NCBI RefSeq assembly: GCF_018350175.1
Contig: NC_058380.1
Span: 1,054,001-1,118,000 of the forward strand
Direction of reading: 5' to 3'
Origin: Felis catus
Taxonomy: Eukaryota
Length of the DNA stretch: 64,000 nucleotides
Shown: piece after piece, positions 1 through 13,900 of the stretch
How positions within the stretch are numbered: the stretch's first letter is position 1
Layout: each line of letters starts with the position of its first letter
Made by a program: the position numbers and the translations under genes
The notes under the pieces: model-generated
The model's database searches: none
Told to the model about the DNA's origin: nothing
What the model saw: the letters and a program-made list of their open reading frames with translations, nothing else

Positions 1-537
1 AATCCTGGCTGCAGATTCGTAATTCTTTCCTTTGGCTAAATTCTCGGATGATCCACGACACAAAGCTCTTCACACGTTTTCCCATCCAGAAAGGTCTGGA
101 TCCACCCAGAGCGGGCGTTCCCAGGCCTCTTGAACTTGGCACATGGTCTTTTTTCTCTTACGATTGGCCAGCTCGAGGGGTGAGAGACGAGGGCTCTGAA
201 TCCGCACATCCTCAGCTACTGTGAGGAAACAGATTCTTGCCTCTCGGCTCCTTGTGTTTTTTCTGTGAAGCACGTGTTCCCACGTTAGCCGTTGTTTTTT
301 ATTTAGGGTCAGCTTTTGTGGATGGGTACGAAGATACCAACCAGCAAGGGGGTTGAACCTTCGTCCTGCGCTCTCCAGATCTCTTCCCGGTTGTTTCACC
401 TGAGCTTGTTTGTGTCTTAGTTATTGGAGCAACGAAAGTTCTCCTTTCTTACTTTTCACGCACACTGCCCGTCTCTCCCTTCCCCCGTTTTTTCCTTGCT
501 TCTTCCTTTGGAGCTACGCTTAGGTACTAATTGTGTG

Positions 538-865
538 CAGTTGACCCTTGACCAACACAGGAGTTAGGGGTCCTGACCCCCATGCAGTTGATATTTGGAT
601 ATAACTTCTGACTCCCCGAAAACTTAACCACTAATGGCTACTGTTGGCCGGAAGCCTTACTGATCACATCAAGAGCTGGTTCACACCTATCTTGCATGTT
701 AGATGGGTTATGTACCGTATGATTACAGTAAAGTAAACTAGAGAAGAGAAACGTCATTAAGAAAGTCGTAAGTAAGAGAAAATCCATTTACAGCCCTGTC
801 CTGTAAACAGTCCACACTTGAGTGTACCCGAGCAGTTCAAAACCGTGTCGTTCAAGAGTCACCTG
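538..865. mobile_element. Tigger2a/MER28-like non-autonomous DNA transposon
   Basis: Terminal inverted repeats CAGTTGACCCTTGA (538) and TCAAGAGTCACCTG (865). Internal sequence resembles the recalled Tigger2a consensus. Confidence 0.8.
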
Positions 866-905
866 TGTTTGCTTTTCTTGTCTTCTGACACAGATTCGTT
901 TTTTC

Positions 906-1141
906 TTTTTTCTTTTTTTTTAATTTTTTGTTTTCAACTTTTTTAATTTTATTTTTGGGACAGAGAGAGACAGAGCATGAACGGGGGAGGGGCAGAGAGA
1001 GAGGGAGACACAGAATCGGAAACAGGCTCCAGGCTCTGAGCCATCAGCCCAGAGCCCGACGCGGGGCTCGAACTCACGGACCGCGAGATCGTGACCTGGC
1101 TGAAGTCGGACGCTTAACCGACTGTGCCACCCAGGCGCCCC
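906..1141 (-). mobile_element. Young feline CAN-SINE (SINEC_Fc type)
   Basis: tRNA-like head GGGGCGCCTGGGTGGC, CT tract and A tail on -. TSD CAGATTCGTTTTTT at 891 and 1142. Confidence 0.95.
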
Positions 1142-1182
1142 CAGATTCGTTTTTTCAACACCGTGGTCTTTGGAACCTCTAG

Positions 1183-1590
<408 letters not shown>

Positions 1591-2831
1591 TGAGCATCTG
1601 CAGGGGGTGGGGGGCGGCTGGTCCCGTCATGTGGGGCGTGAGCGTCCACGGAGGGGATGTGGTGGGTACAAGTCCCCGCTAGGCCTCTGTAGGGTCCCGA
1701 CCCCGCTGCTGGCAGCTGGACAGCCCCCACTGGGCCCTATGTCTGCACATGGACTCCAGGCCCAGCAGCCTCAACCCTCGCTCTGCCACCGACTTGGCCT
1801 GTCAGCACCGAGAGCTTGTTTGAGCTGTTCTCTGTCATCTTTTAAGCGGGCAGCTCCGTCTGTTCATTCATTCATTCTTTTATGCACCCATGCAGCAGAC
1901 CTTAATAGGATATTGTGTGTGCTATGGATTCTAGAACTGGGGACACTGAGGGCCAGGATGCTCGCAACCCCGGGCTCCCCGTCAGGGGACGAGATGGCTT
2001 TCTAGCTTTCGAGTTGTATTTGTTGTACAGGGTGGTGAAGGGTTTTCCAAAGGGAGGTCACTGTATCGTGTTGACGTGTGTCGGGCATCAAAGAGGGCTT
2101 CGTAGCCAATACGGTTTGGAACATGCTGGATTAATAGGCTACAGCACTTCTCAGAGCCTTTCAAATGCTCGTGTGCTGGATCAGTCTCTGAGAAGGAGGG
2201 CGCCCATCCGGATTAGGCTCCAAGATAACAGGGATTCACTGACAAGGAGCTTTCTCTCTGAGGGCCCATAGCCCTCAGGATGGGCATCTCATACGGCACT
2301 CCCTGTGGAGGGGGGACCCAGGCTGCGCTGACCCCTCGCTCTGGGGTGGGACTCAAGACAATGGCACCTGTGTTCTGGGTGCTTGTCGTGGCCGGGCAGG
2401 AAAGGAAGGCCCTAAGAAGTGCCCCACATGATTCCCCTCACCCCCACGGGCCAGAAGATGGATATATAGCTGCGGGGGCGGCCGGGAGAGCTCTTGGGTC
2501 TGGGTGGCCTGTGTTCAGCTGGGGCAGGGGATGGGGGTGGAGGCGGGGCGTGAGCAGTGTCACCGCAGGGCAGGGTGTGCAGTGTTGCTCAGACTAGGAC
2601 CCTGGGCCTTGTCTTCCCAGGATGCCCGTTAGAAGCCGGTAGAACACTGCTCGACCCATAGCTGAGGTCACACGGCTGTTAAGCAGCAAAGGCCCTTTGG
2701 CCTCAGACACAGGCATTCTTCTTGCTTTTGAGCCTCCTGGAAAGTGAACTGAGAAGGCACGTGGGCCCCTGAAGGGTTTACCAGCTTGGAGCACGTGGAA
2801 GCAGACCACGGCTGGCATGTGGCTGCCATAG

Positions 2832-3769
<938 letters not shown>

Positions 3770-6588
3770 TGAGGGTGGGGGGCCCAGCTCGGTCAGGACG
3801 CCCGTCATCCCACACGCTGCCCAGCCTTACCTGGGCCTCAACTCCCACCACCCAGTGCCTTTATCCTGGGAACTCAGACCTGCAGAGACAGGAGGTCCCC
3901 TCCTGGGGGATGCAGGAGGGCTCTGGGTCTTGTGCTTCTTGCACGGGCACACAGACTTTCTGAATCGTTACAGGGACTTTCTCTTATGTCCCTTCCTCTG
4001 ACTCCCAGAGTCTGGTCAAGACTGCACATGGGCTGCAGATACAACAGCTCCCGGTGTTTCTAGCTTTCAGCATGTGCCCTCTGACCCCAGCGCTGGGGCT
4101 CCGGGCGCCTTCAGTGGGGCGGGCTGTTTGTTTTTGGCAGCTTTGTCTCTTGCGGGTTCTGGGCCGCCAGGCTTCTGCATGGCCACACTCAGGCTGCATC
4201 TCCCGGATGTGCCCCCTGGTGGCGCTGCTGTGGGTCACAGACGCAGGTCAGGCTGGCGCCCTGTGGTCACATGCTCTGGGGCCTCTCGGTTGAGGCGTCC
4301 ACGTCACGTGATGAAGAGGGGACTCTGCAAGGGGCCATACTGCTCCCCCCACGGCCCTGACCTGTGGGGTTACACATGGTGATTCTAATTGTGCCGTGAC
4401 TCTGTCCTTCCTGTTGTGAGGAATGAGGATGAGCTCTGGCTGTTTACTCACTTTCTTTTTGGTTTTGCTGTTTGCACGTCACTCTGAACTCTTTCCTGAA
4501 CTTTATTTTGGGGAGATGTCAGGAGCACACAGAAGCAGACGGAACGTGTAATGGGCCCCCTGTCATGCTCACGGTCACTGTCCCCGACCTCATCTGGGTG
4601 CACGTTTCCACAGGCTCCAGTCCTTTCCGTCCACCTGTCCCCGTCTGGTGGCCTTGCTGCATGGTGGCTGCTGCAGCCTCAGGGTCCTCGGTCAAACGGC
4701 CAGGGTCTTAGCAGTGCCTGGGCCGGCTGGACAGGGCTCGGGGAGTGCCGGCCGTCACCGTTCATCCTGCTCTTGTCTCGAGGCGCGGCTGTGGTGCGGC
4801 GGTCTGGCCCCGTGTCTGTTTGCGACGTCCCGGGCCCGGCGATGGCTGGAGTGTGGAGTCTGGCCCACGGGGAGGCGCTGATTTCCTGTCTCCCTCCCTG
4901 GAGCTCCAGATGCACCTTAGACACACACTAGGCGCACGTCACGGTGGCGTGGCAGAAATGCTGCCTCACCCCCTTTCCATCTGTGCACCACGTGGTCCGC
5001 GGTCCCCAGAGCGTCGCCCCAGATGCTCCAGCCACAGCACTCGGGTTTGGGTGAATGTCTGCACTTACTTAGAGTGGTTTTCCTTTCTCAAGATGACATT
5101 TGGGACCACCCAAGAATGGACTGTTGAGGTCAACAGTCTGGATGTTTTTATTTCCACGTTCTTTCCCCAGGAGCCCAGCACAAGTTATCTGAGCCGTTTT
5201 CACAACAGCTGCACCGTCACCGGGTGTCAGGACTTGTCTCCCGCTCACTCCCTTAGCAGGCGCAGCTTCATGCTCCTCGGCGGCTCCTCGGTTAACGCTG
5301 AGGTGTTCTCCACACCATCGCTGTCAGCTGTATTGTTGGCTTTAGTCCTTCGGGGTTACTCTGCGCGTCGCCTGCTGGTGACGGCTGTTCTGGGAGCTCT
5401 GTGTGTCCTTGGGACAGAAGCGTAGCCACGGCCGCAAGTGCCTGCCTTTTTGCTCCGGCTGCACCGTGGGGTCTCGGCTGATGCATTCCCTTCGCGGACG
5501 GTCAGCCCCCCCCCCCCCCCGGCAGGTCTCAGAGCTTTTCCATCGCCCCCTACCCGGTGGCACCTTCCCTTCCCATTACAGACTGTGACACACCGTGCTG
5601 TGTCTTAGCTGGGGACGCACGAGTTCAGTGGGGGAGGAATGGCTGTCTCTCGGATGTGCCTTCCTAGGTAAGGCCCAGGGCCTCGAGCCCCCCATCTAGG
5701 TCAGTGGGGCTGTCTGGAGGAGGCCAGATGTGCCCCTGGCATTCCTGTTTTCTGTATGTTTCCCAGCAACTCCCAATAGGCCAGGCGCTGCTCTAACCTT
5801 AGCGGCGGGCACTGTTTCCATCCCATTTTAATAGAAACTTGTCCAGAATCGCACATAACTGCTAAGCGTGAAGCCGAGTTTGGACTCCGGCTGTCTGGCT
5901 CCAAAGTCCACAGCCTCACCCACCAAGCAGTCTTTCCTCTCCGCTAATTAACTGGTTCATTTACTTATTCATCAAACCAACAGAACTTCTTAACTCCTAC
6001 TACTTCCTAGAGCTTTTCTGAGAGTTAAGTGTGGGGGGAGAAGAGATCCAGGCAGGCTTCCTGGAGGAGGTGATGCCTGTGGTGAACAGATGGGGAGAGT
6101 CTGCATTTGGGGGAAGGAGAGAGACAGCATCTTAAGTGGAGGCAGGAAGCAGCAGGGCAGTGTGAGCAGGAGACGACCCGGTGGATGGGGGTGCAGGCTC
6201 TGGTCAGGCTGAAGAGTGTGATTGGTTTGTGGGTTGGGGGTGGGATGCACAGAGGAACCGGAGATACAGGCAGTGGGTGATCTGGCCCCAGGCCACCAGG
6301 GAGAGGCCTGGCCCCTGTGCTTTCTGCACACGCTGAATAAGCCCCCTTACCCAGCACCGCCCCAGGAAGCCCCTTCCCAGCTTGGAAGGTGGGCATGCTG
6401 CTCCTTGGACCACATACCTCATACGAGTGAGGGGTCTGAGGCCCAGGGAGGGGCCTCCTCAGGCTCAGGGCAGTTCTGACCCTGCCCCAAGCCCACTGAA
6501 GGCAGGGCCCAGGTGCCCAGCATGGGGGCAGTGTCGGGTTACACGGGGTCCCCGCTCTTCCCCCAAGCTTTGCCTCTTCTTCCTGCAG

Positions 6589-6781
6589 AGACCTGGGTGA
6601 GGGCACCAGAGAAATGGCTGGCATGGCCCGTGGCGTGGACAAGGACCCCTGGACCACCCGTCCTGCTGGCTCACCCCGTGCCCAGGTGATGGTGCACACG
6701 GCGGACCTGGGGCACGCCCTGCCTGCCTCCTGGCCCGCTGCAGGAATGTCCAGGCAGCATGCGGCCTACGTCCCAGGGTGA
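6589..6781 (+). CDS. SUSD3: SUSD3 exon 5, terminal coding part (not in the ORF track)
   Basis: cttcttcctgcAG|A acceptor. Encodes DLGEGTREMAGMARGVDKDPW...AQVMVHTAD...HAAYVPG*, TGA at 6779-6781. VDKDP, AQVMVH and AAY match the human C-terminus. Confidence 0.9.
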
Positions 6782-7240
6782 CCGAGGCAGAGGCCAGAGC
6801 CTGCCCTCCACACTGGGAAGACCAGGCCAACCCCACCACCCAGCCACCTGCATATCCACCTGTGCCCAGCTTAAGAGTGGTCAGTGAAATCACCTTCTGG
6901 GGTTAGGGATCCCTCAGGGTGCTGAGCTGGGGACGCCAGTGGGGTGTCCTGTCCCAGGGACGCCCAGCCAGAACAGTTTTTATAGATAGGCTCCCTTGGA
7001 ACCAGCATGAAGGGTTCTGGAACCAGGTGCAGCCCTGCCTAGCCTGCTCCTTTAAAGAAACTGGAGGACATTTTAAGCAAATCTCACTTATGACAGAGCA
7101 GGAGGCCGGGCAGCCAACCTCTCAGCTCCTGCTGGCTGCCTCATCTTCCCCGCAGGCCAGGCCGGGGCCTGTGAGCAGGGGCCCAGCTGGGGTGCTGCCT
7201 CTGTTACCTGCACAGTAGCCACGAGGGGTGAGAGGTGGGA

Positions 7241-7246
7241 AATAAA
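7241..7246 (+). terminator. SUSD3: SUSD3 polyadenylation signal
   Basis: First AATAAA after the stop, about 460 nt downstream, followed by T/GT-rich sequence. Confidence 0.7.
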
Positions 7247-9089
7247 CCATTCTAACACTGGGAAAACAAAGATAAAGACCACTGTCTTGATTTTCAATCT
7301 CTGTTGTACTCAGGGTGTAAAACAACTCCCTTATTGTCACTGCTGCTCAGGGCCCCGGGCTTGCTGGGGCTCCGTCGGGCAGTGCCATCAGCAGCCTGCT
7401 CACAGAGACCTCAACGGCAGTGGCCGTCTCGAGTGGCCTGGGTCTCCTTGCACACTGGGGGCTGGTGTGCACGGTGAGAGTCCTGAGTGCCAGCCATGCC
7501 CTCCGGGGCCTGGGAAGTCCTGCCGGGTCACTGCTGCTGCATGCCAGCCAGCAAGGGGGCAGCTGAACTCCACTTCTGGATGGGAGGAGGACCAGGCACA
7601 GGGGGACACCTTCAAAGCCATCACAGTCCCCCAACCCCGAACTCATCAAAGCAGTTTGACAAGAAGATGTCCTGTCTCTTACCACCCAGCCCCTCTTCCT
7701 GAGGGGAAAGACAGACAGCATACCTGTATGTCCACACCCATCAGGTGTGGCTCTAAACGTTTGCACCTGCTGCCTTGCTCCTTCAGGGCTCACTGCTCAG
7801 CCACGCCTCTGAGTGGCTCCTGGGGGCTGCTAGGTCCCACCCTCCATGTCCACAACTGTCCTGGGCCGGTTAAGATCCAACCTCCAGTCTCCTGCATTTT
7901 GGGGTGGGATCTGTCTGGCCATTGAGAAAAGTCACTTTGGTTTGTCCTCTGACCTTCCCTGCTTCCTGCCCGGAGCCTCCGCAGCCACACTGGGGCCGTG
8001 AGGGGGGCAGCCTGTGGTCCTCAGGAGCCTGGGCTACCCCCCTGAAACCATGATTGCGGTGTTTCCCATCACTTACAAATATATCCTGATGCGGGCTACC
8101 CGGATTGGTCTGTCTGTCCCTTGGCTCTTGTGGGAAGCCACCTGCTGAGGGACCTTGGGTTGTTTTCAGCTGTTGCATTTGATGCCAACATCCTTTCTGT
8201 CCTGGGATGCTGTTCCGTAGGGTGGGTTTCAGGGTGGGATCGTGAGGCCAGAGGGTGTGTGCAGCCCTCACCTGGGCACAAGGCATCTTTCACGCCGCGC
8301 TCCCGTGGGGGGTGCCGGGGGACACCAGCTGGGCAACGTCGTTCCCAGCCCTCAACCTGAGCAGTGCAGGCTCCACATGATGGTGTCCCCGGCAGACCTG
8401 GGCTCTCCCCAGATTCTCTGGCAGTGGCAGGCCGTGCCCCTAGGCCACGCGCCTCTGACGAGTCTGCAGGCTCAGCTGCGGGGGGCCGGGCTGGGGTGAC
8501 AAGCTGCCGTGACCCCACAGAGGGTGGCCGTGACGCTGTCAGAAACTGCTGTGCTCCTTGCGGGCTTTCAAGTCCTGCCGAGGCAAGTATTTTGTCCCCG
8601 GGTACTGACCTGGGGCTCCCGGAGCGCAGGATGGGAAGACTGGGGTGAAGCGGCCCAAGGAGGGCGGCCCCGTTCTCCATTCCTAACAGCTGAGGGTGAC
8701 AGATGGGGTCCGGCCGGGGCAGGTGCACGAGTGTCAGAGTCCTTGCCCAGGAGACCCGGGGGCGGGAGGCCTCAGCTGTGTGGCACGCTGGGCTCTGAAC
8801 CCGTGTGCGCCACAGCCAGGGGTCTCTGGTGGATTGGGAGCGTCCCAGACGGTTCAGGGCAGAGAGGCGTCACCCAGCTGCAGAGAACAGGGAAGCAGCC
8901 AGCCCCAAGCCCCCCAAAACCAGTCCCACCTTGTACTGGGAAGAGAGGAGTGAACACCTTTCTTTCTGCTTCTGGAAACCCCAAGCTCACTCCCACGGAG
9001 GGGCCTCGGCACCTGCCACCACCCCCACCCCCACTCGTGCCTGCAATGCTGCCAGGCCAGCTTCTCCACCCAGGTCATCGCGGTGTTCA

Positions 9090-9420
9090 GGAAGGGTCCT
9101 GCTGCTGCGAGGAACAAGCCCTGTGCCAGCCCCAGGCCCTGGGGTGGAGGCACACCTCAGAGATTTATCTCCCAGTCCTGGGGGCTGGGAGCCCGAGACC
9201 CACGTGCCAGCCCATGTGGTTCTGGTGTGGACCCTCGTGCTCGCACACAACCACCTTCTGTGTCCTCACGCGTGCTGGGTGACCAGGGCGGTGGGCTCTC
9301 TCGTGTCTGGTTACAAGGACACTAATCGTAGGGATCAGGGCCCCACCCTTAGGACCCAGTTTACACTCAGTACTTCCTCAGAGGTCCATCTCTAGAGACA
9401 ACCATGGGGCAGGGCCTCGA
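9090..9420. mobile_element. MaLR LTR (MLT1/MST-like) fragment
   Basis: gatttatctcccagtcctgggggctgggagcccgaga...tacaaggacactaatc...agggccccaccctta resembles MaLR LTR consensus. Confidence 0.6.
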
Positions 9421-10661
9421 TCCACGGATTTGGGGGACACGAGCATTCAGTCCAGAGCAGCCCCCTAGCCTCAGGGTTTATTTCTTGCTCGCGCTGTGCA
9501 GTCACAGGCCCCCAGCTGGGGGAGCAGCCCCATCCCAAGGGGAGGGGTCCATGACCTCTGGGAAGAGGAAGGGATGTGAAGGGTCCCTCAAGGCAGGGCT
9601 CTGGCCTGGGGGGCACGCACCTCACTCACGCGCACCACGCATTGACCAGACTGACGTCACGGGCCAGGAGGGTGAGTCTCCTGGTGTGCCCTCCTCCTCT
9701 CCACCGCACGTGCTTCGAGGCCTGCCCCAGCCCTTCCAACACGCGAGACCCGCGGTGTTGAGGTGCTAGGATAGCTACGCCATCAGAGAACACCAGTCAG
9801 CCCTCAATACTGGGGCGCTGCCGTTCCTGTCCCCAGAAGAGGCTGAGCAGCATCAGGCAGCACCCCATCCCAGGTAGAACGTCCCCCGCTCGGGGGACAG
9901 TGGCTGGGGGAAAACTGCCTTGTGAGTCCATTTCTCAGCAACTTGGTTGTCTGTGTGTACCATTTATCCGCTGCTGGACAGCCAGCCACCGGGAAACTCT
10001 GGCTTAAAACCACAGCCGCCAGGTTACCATTTCGTCTCCTGGTTCTGTGGGTTTGCTAGGCACGTCTGCCCCACGGCCCTTGTCAGCAGAGGCCGGCCTG
10101 GAATCTTCCAGGGGTATCTCCACACATACGTCTGGCAAGTGGCTGTGACTCAAAAGTAAGCGGCCCAGGAAACAACGTGCGAGCTGTTAGCTTCCTCAGG
10201 CCTGAACATTCAGGGATTTAGATGCACTTCAGCTTCTGGACTCAGCAGAGAGGAACTCCTGATTCTACCTGCCCCTTCCACTCCCCCAGGCCCAAACACC
10301 GATTCCACTTTCTCTGAGACCCCACATCCGGTCCTGCAGCGAGTCCTTGTGACTCAACCTCAAAACCCATGTGGAACCCACTCGGTGTATCCAGCCTCTG
10401 GCTCCTGTTGCCCCGATTGTTGGAGTAGCTTCCTGGTCTCCTAGGCTCCTTGCCTCCATTCAGGTACCACCCTGCACACACGTGTGAATTTCCACACAGA
10501 AAGAACCCTACCGCAGGGTTGCTTTGGNNNNNNNNNNNNNNNNNNNNNNNNNNNNNNNNNNNNNNNNNNNNNNNNNNNNNNNNNNNNNNNNNNNNNNNNN
10601 NNNNNNNNNNNNNNNNNNNNNNNNNNNNNNNNNNNNNNNNNNNNNNNNNNNNNNNNNNNNN

Positions 10662-11990
10662 CTTTCCCATCTTCCCAGACTGAACCTCTGTACCCCTTAA
10701 ACACTCCCCTGTCTCCTCTCTCCCCAGCACCTGGCACCCACCATCCCATACCGTCTGTCTATGGACTTGGCTGCCGTAGGGATCTCATGTAAGTGGAATC
10801 CTCCAGTATTTGACCTTTTGTGTCAGCTTATCTCACTTGGTCCTTAATGTTCTGTGCAACCAATTTCCAACGTGTGGAGGGGGCTTCCCCGCACACCAAC
10901 AAGCAGTTCTCAGAAACCAGCAGAGTGGCCTACAGTTCAACTCACTGCTGACCCTGTCTGCCAGAACTCGATCCCACAAGCTGCGGGCTCTCCTAGAGTG
11001 TCCCCCACCTGCCATGCTGCCGACGCCGGCCGTAAATCCAGGTTCTCACCTGTGCATCTGACCAACTGGTTGTAAATCAGAGGTTCCCACCATCCCTTCC
11101 TTAGATTGGACTAATTTGCTAGAGTCGTTCACGGAACTCAGAAAGATGCACAGGGCAGCATGTGGAGAGAGGACACGGAGAGTCCAGGCACTCTCCAGGC
11201 AGACCACTCTCCCACACCAACGCGGAGTCTCTCTGAACCCTGTCCCTTAAGGCACGATTGACCTATTCATTGGCCCTTGGGGATTGACTCAAGCTCCAGA
11301 CCCCCTCCTCTCTCCTGAGCCGAGGGGTGGATGGAAAGTTCTAACCCTCCAATCACATGGAGGGTTCTCTGGGCCACCAGCCCCATTCTTAGGTGACCTG
11401 GGGACATTCCAAAAGTCGCCACATTAACATAACAAAAGGCACCTTTTTCTCTCCTTTAGGAAATCCCTAGGGTTTTAAGAGTNNNNNNNNNNNNNNNNNN
11501 NNNNNNNNNNNNNNNNNNNNNNNNNNNNNNNNNNNNNNNNNNNNNNNNNNNNNNNNNNNNNNNNNNNNNNNNNNNNNNNNNNNNNNNNNNNNNNNNNNNN
11601 NNNNNNNNNNNNNNNNNNNNNNNNNNNNNNNTGAGACAGAGCATGAACAAGGGAGGGGCAGAGAGAGAGGGAGACACAGAATCTGAAACAGGCTCCAGGC
11701 TCTGAGCTGTCAGCACACAGCCCGACGTGGGGCTCGAACTCACGGACCATGAGATCATGACCTGAGCCGAAGTCGGACGCTTAACCGACCGAGCCACCCA
11801 GGCGCCCCTTTCCTTCCTTTTTAAGCCTGAACCCACTGTCTGGACACAGCATATATACTAACCCGTTCCTCCGCTCACGCACACTGGCTGGCTTCTGCCT
11901 CTTGGCTACCGTGAATAATGCTGCTCTGAACACGAGTGTGCACACGTCTCTTGGAGACCCTACTGTTAATTCTTTCGTGTGTACAGAGGC
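10662..11990 (-). mobile_element. Old L1 3' end interrupted by a MER21-like LTR (about 10848-11482) and a SINE
   Basis: L1 3'UTR motifs (ctcatgtaagtggaatc...; gtgaataatgctgct) flank MER21 motifs (taaatcagaggttcccac, taatttgctagag...ggaactcagaaa). Confidence 0.65.
11632..11808 (-). mobile_element. Feline CAN-SINE, tail hidden in an N gap
   Basis: Full tRNA-derived head and body on -. Confidence 0.92.
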
Positions 11991-12549
11991 TGTTTTCAAA
12001 CATATCAGTCAGAGATCACCACGCCCTCGTCTCAGCGCATAACCTCAAATACTGGGCCCTGGCTGCCTGGCCTGCGAGACTCTGCATGACGCCCCGGTCA
12101 CCTCCCGACCTCACTGCTATTGCAGAGTCCAGTCCAGCCGCCCAGACTGTCTCTCAAGCCTAGAAAGGTGGTCTGTGCTTGGACTCCTGCATGATACTGT
12201 TCCCCAGCCATCGTGTGGAGTTCTGCCTCCCTTTGGCCGGGCGTCTGCTTGGATGTCTGGTGCATTCCGTGTATAACTGCCAGGTAACCAGTTACCCTGA
12301 AACACAGTGGTTCAAAAACAATCGTCATTATCACCTGTTACTACAGCTCTCTGTTTCACGTGAGGTTTGGCAGGGTGGCTCCGGCTCTCTGTTGAGGCTG
12401 GGGCTGTGGTCTCACCTGACGGCTGGACAGGCGGGGATCCATCCCTCGTCACTGTCCAGGTACTGCCCCCTTTTGGCTGATCCCTCCTGGCTACTGGACG
12501 CCCATCGGCCTTTATCCCAGGCTTGTCCTTGTTCCTCCTACAGACTGAC

Positions 12550-12605
12550 CTGAGTGACCTTAGGTAAGTCACTTCCTCTCTCAGAGCCTCAGTTTTCTCA
12601 TTGGG
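12550..12605 (+). mobile_element. MIR core fragment
   Basis: gtgaccttaggtaagtcacttcctctctcagagcctcagttttctcat. Confidence 0.65.
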
Positions 12606-13900
12606 GCGTGGGGCGCGGTGGCGCGGGGCGGGGCAGCCTACTGCGCCCAGCATGGCTGAGCCACCTACTCCCGGGCGGGGCCATCTCGAGGGCGGGGCCT
12701 CGAGGGGGCGGAGCCTAGATAGGGCGGAGCCAGTAGGCGGGAGTCGGCAGTAGGGGAAGGTGCGTCAGGGCTGGGGGCGGGGCCGGAGTGGGGGGCTCAG
12801 AGTCCTGGTCGTCGCCGGAAGGGGCGGGGCCATGGCGGGGGCGGAGTTTGGAACCCTGGGACAGGACGGCGGGACGGGACTTATTGAGGGGCGGAGCTAA
12901 GGGCTTGTGAGGACCCTGTACCCTATGCGGGTTGGAAACTCGAGACTTCAGAAGGCCCCTAGGTGGCGGGGCCGGGCTCAGTGAGGGGCATGGCTCAGGG
13001 CTGTAGAAGCGACCTAACAGACGTCAGCAAGGGTGGGGCTCAGTGGAGTCGGAGCTTAGAGCCCTCGCGTAGGCGAAGACGCCTGCAGCGCCCGGGATGG
13101 AAGGGCCTCAGCGAGGGGTGGGGCCAAGAACTCTTGCCAGAGTCGTAGGTGCCGCCAGAGGGGGAGGTGTTCAAGTGGGGGCGGGGCTTAGGACCTTCGC
13201 GGCAAGGCCACGGGTCTAGGGGCGGAGCATAACGTCCGGAGGAGGCGGGGCTCGAGTGGGGAGCGGGGCTTTGGGTCCTCGCGGCGCCGCAGCTGCCGCT
13301 GGGGGCGGAGCATAACGGGAAGGGGCCGGCTCAGTGGGGGCGGGGCCTATAACTTCTACGGGTGCCGTAGGTGTCTCGGGTGGAGGCGGGGCTCGAGCGG
13401 GGGCAGGGCTTGGGACGCTCGCGGCGCTGCTGCTGCCTCTGTGGGCGGAGCATAACGGGAAAGGGCCGGCTCAGTGGGGACGACTTGGGACTGTGGCGGC
13501 GACACCGCCGAGACCGAGGCGAGGCCTGCCGGGAGGCGGGCCTGCCGGGAAGGGGCGGAGCGAGTGGGACCGGGCGGGCGGCGGACAGACGACCTGACGG
13601 GTGGACGGCGGCAAGTGGACGGGCCGGGCCCGGCCGGGCGCGCGCCGTGCGTCGCCATGACAGGTGAGAGCGGGCCGGGCGGGTGTCCAGCCTGCCAGCC
13701 CGGGACCGGCGCGCGGCCGCGGTGACCCCCCTGTGCTGCCCCGGCGGCAGCTCCTCGCGTCAGCGGCCAGTGACCTTGGTCCGTGACCGCCTCTCTGTGG
13801 GCGGGACGACGACCGGCCGGGGGCGGTGGTCGGAGCCTGGAGGGGCCGTGGGCGAGGGGCTGGGGTGATGCTGCGGCCTGACAGGGGGAGGCGAGGGTGA
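12600..13900 (+). promoter_or_regulatory. CARD19: CARD19 CpG-island promoter with a dense GC-box (Sp/KLF) array
   Basis: More than a dozen GGGCGG motifs between about 12620 and 13580, CpG-rich, no TATA box, directly upstream of exon 1. Confidence 0.85.
13657..13663 (+). CDS. CARD19: CARD19 exon 1 coding part (ATG ACA G)
   Basis: gtcgccATGACAG|GTGAGA: Kozak context and strong donor. Joins exon 2 to give MTEQTYCDRL. Confidence 0.9.

Noticed and set aside
1-520. 109-aa minus-strand ORF, or SUSD3 exon 1
   Set aside because: T-rich degenerate sequence, probably an old LINE fragment. SUSD3 exon 1 lies upstream of the window.
906-1141. tRNA-like A and B boxes in this and the other SINE heads, and recurrent ORFs such as AQSVKRPTSAQVMIS
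   Set aside because: These are tRNA-derived CAN-SINEs, not tRNA genes or proteins.
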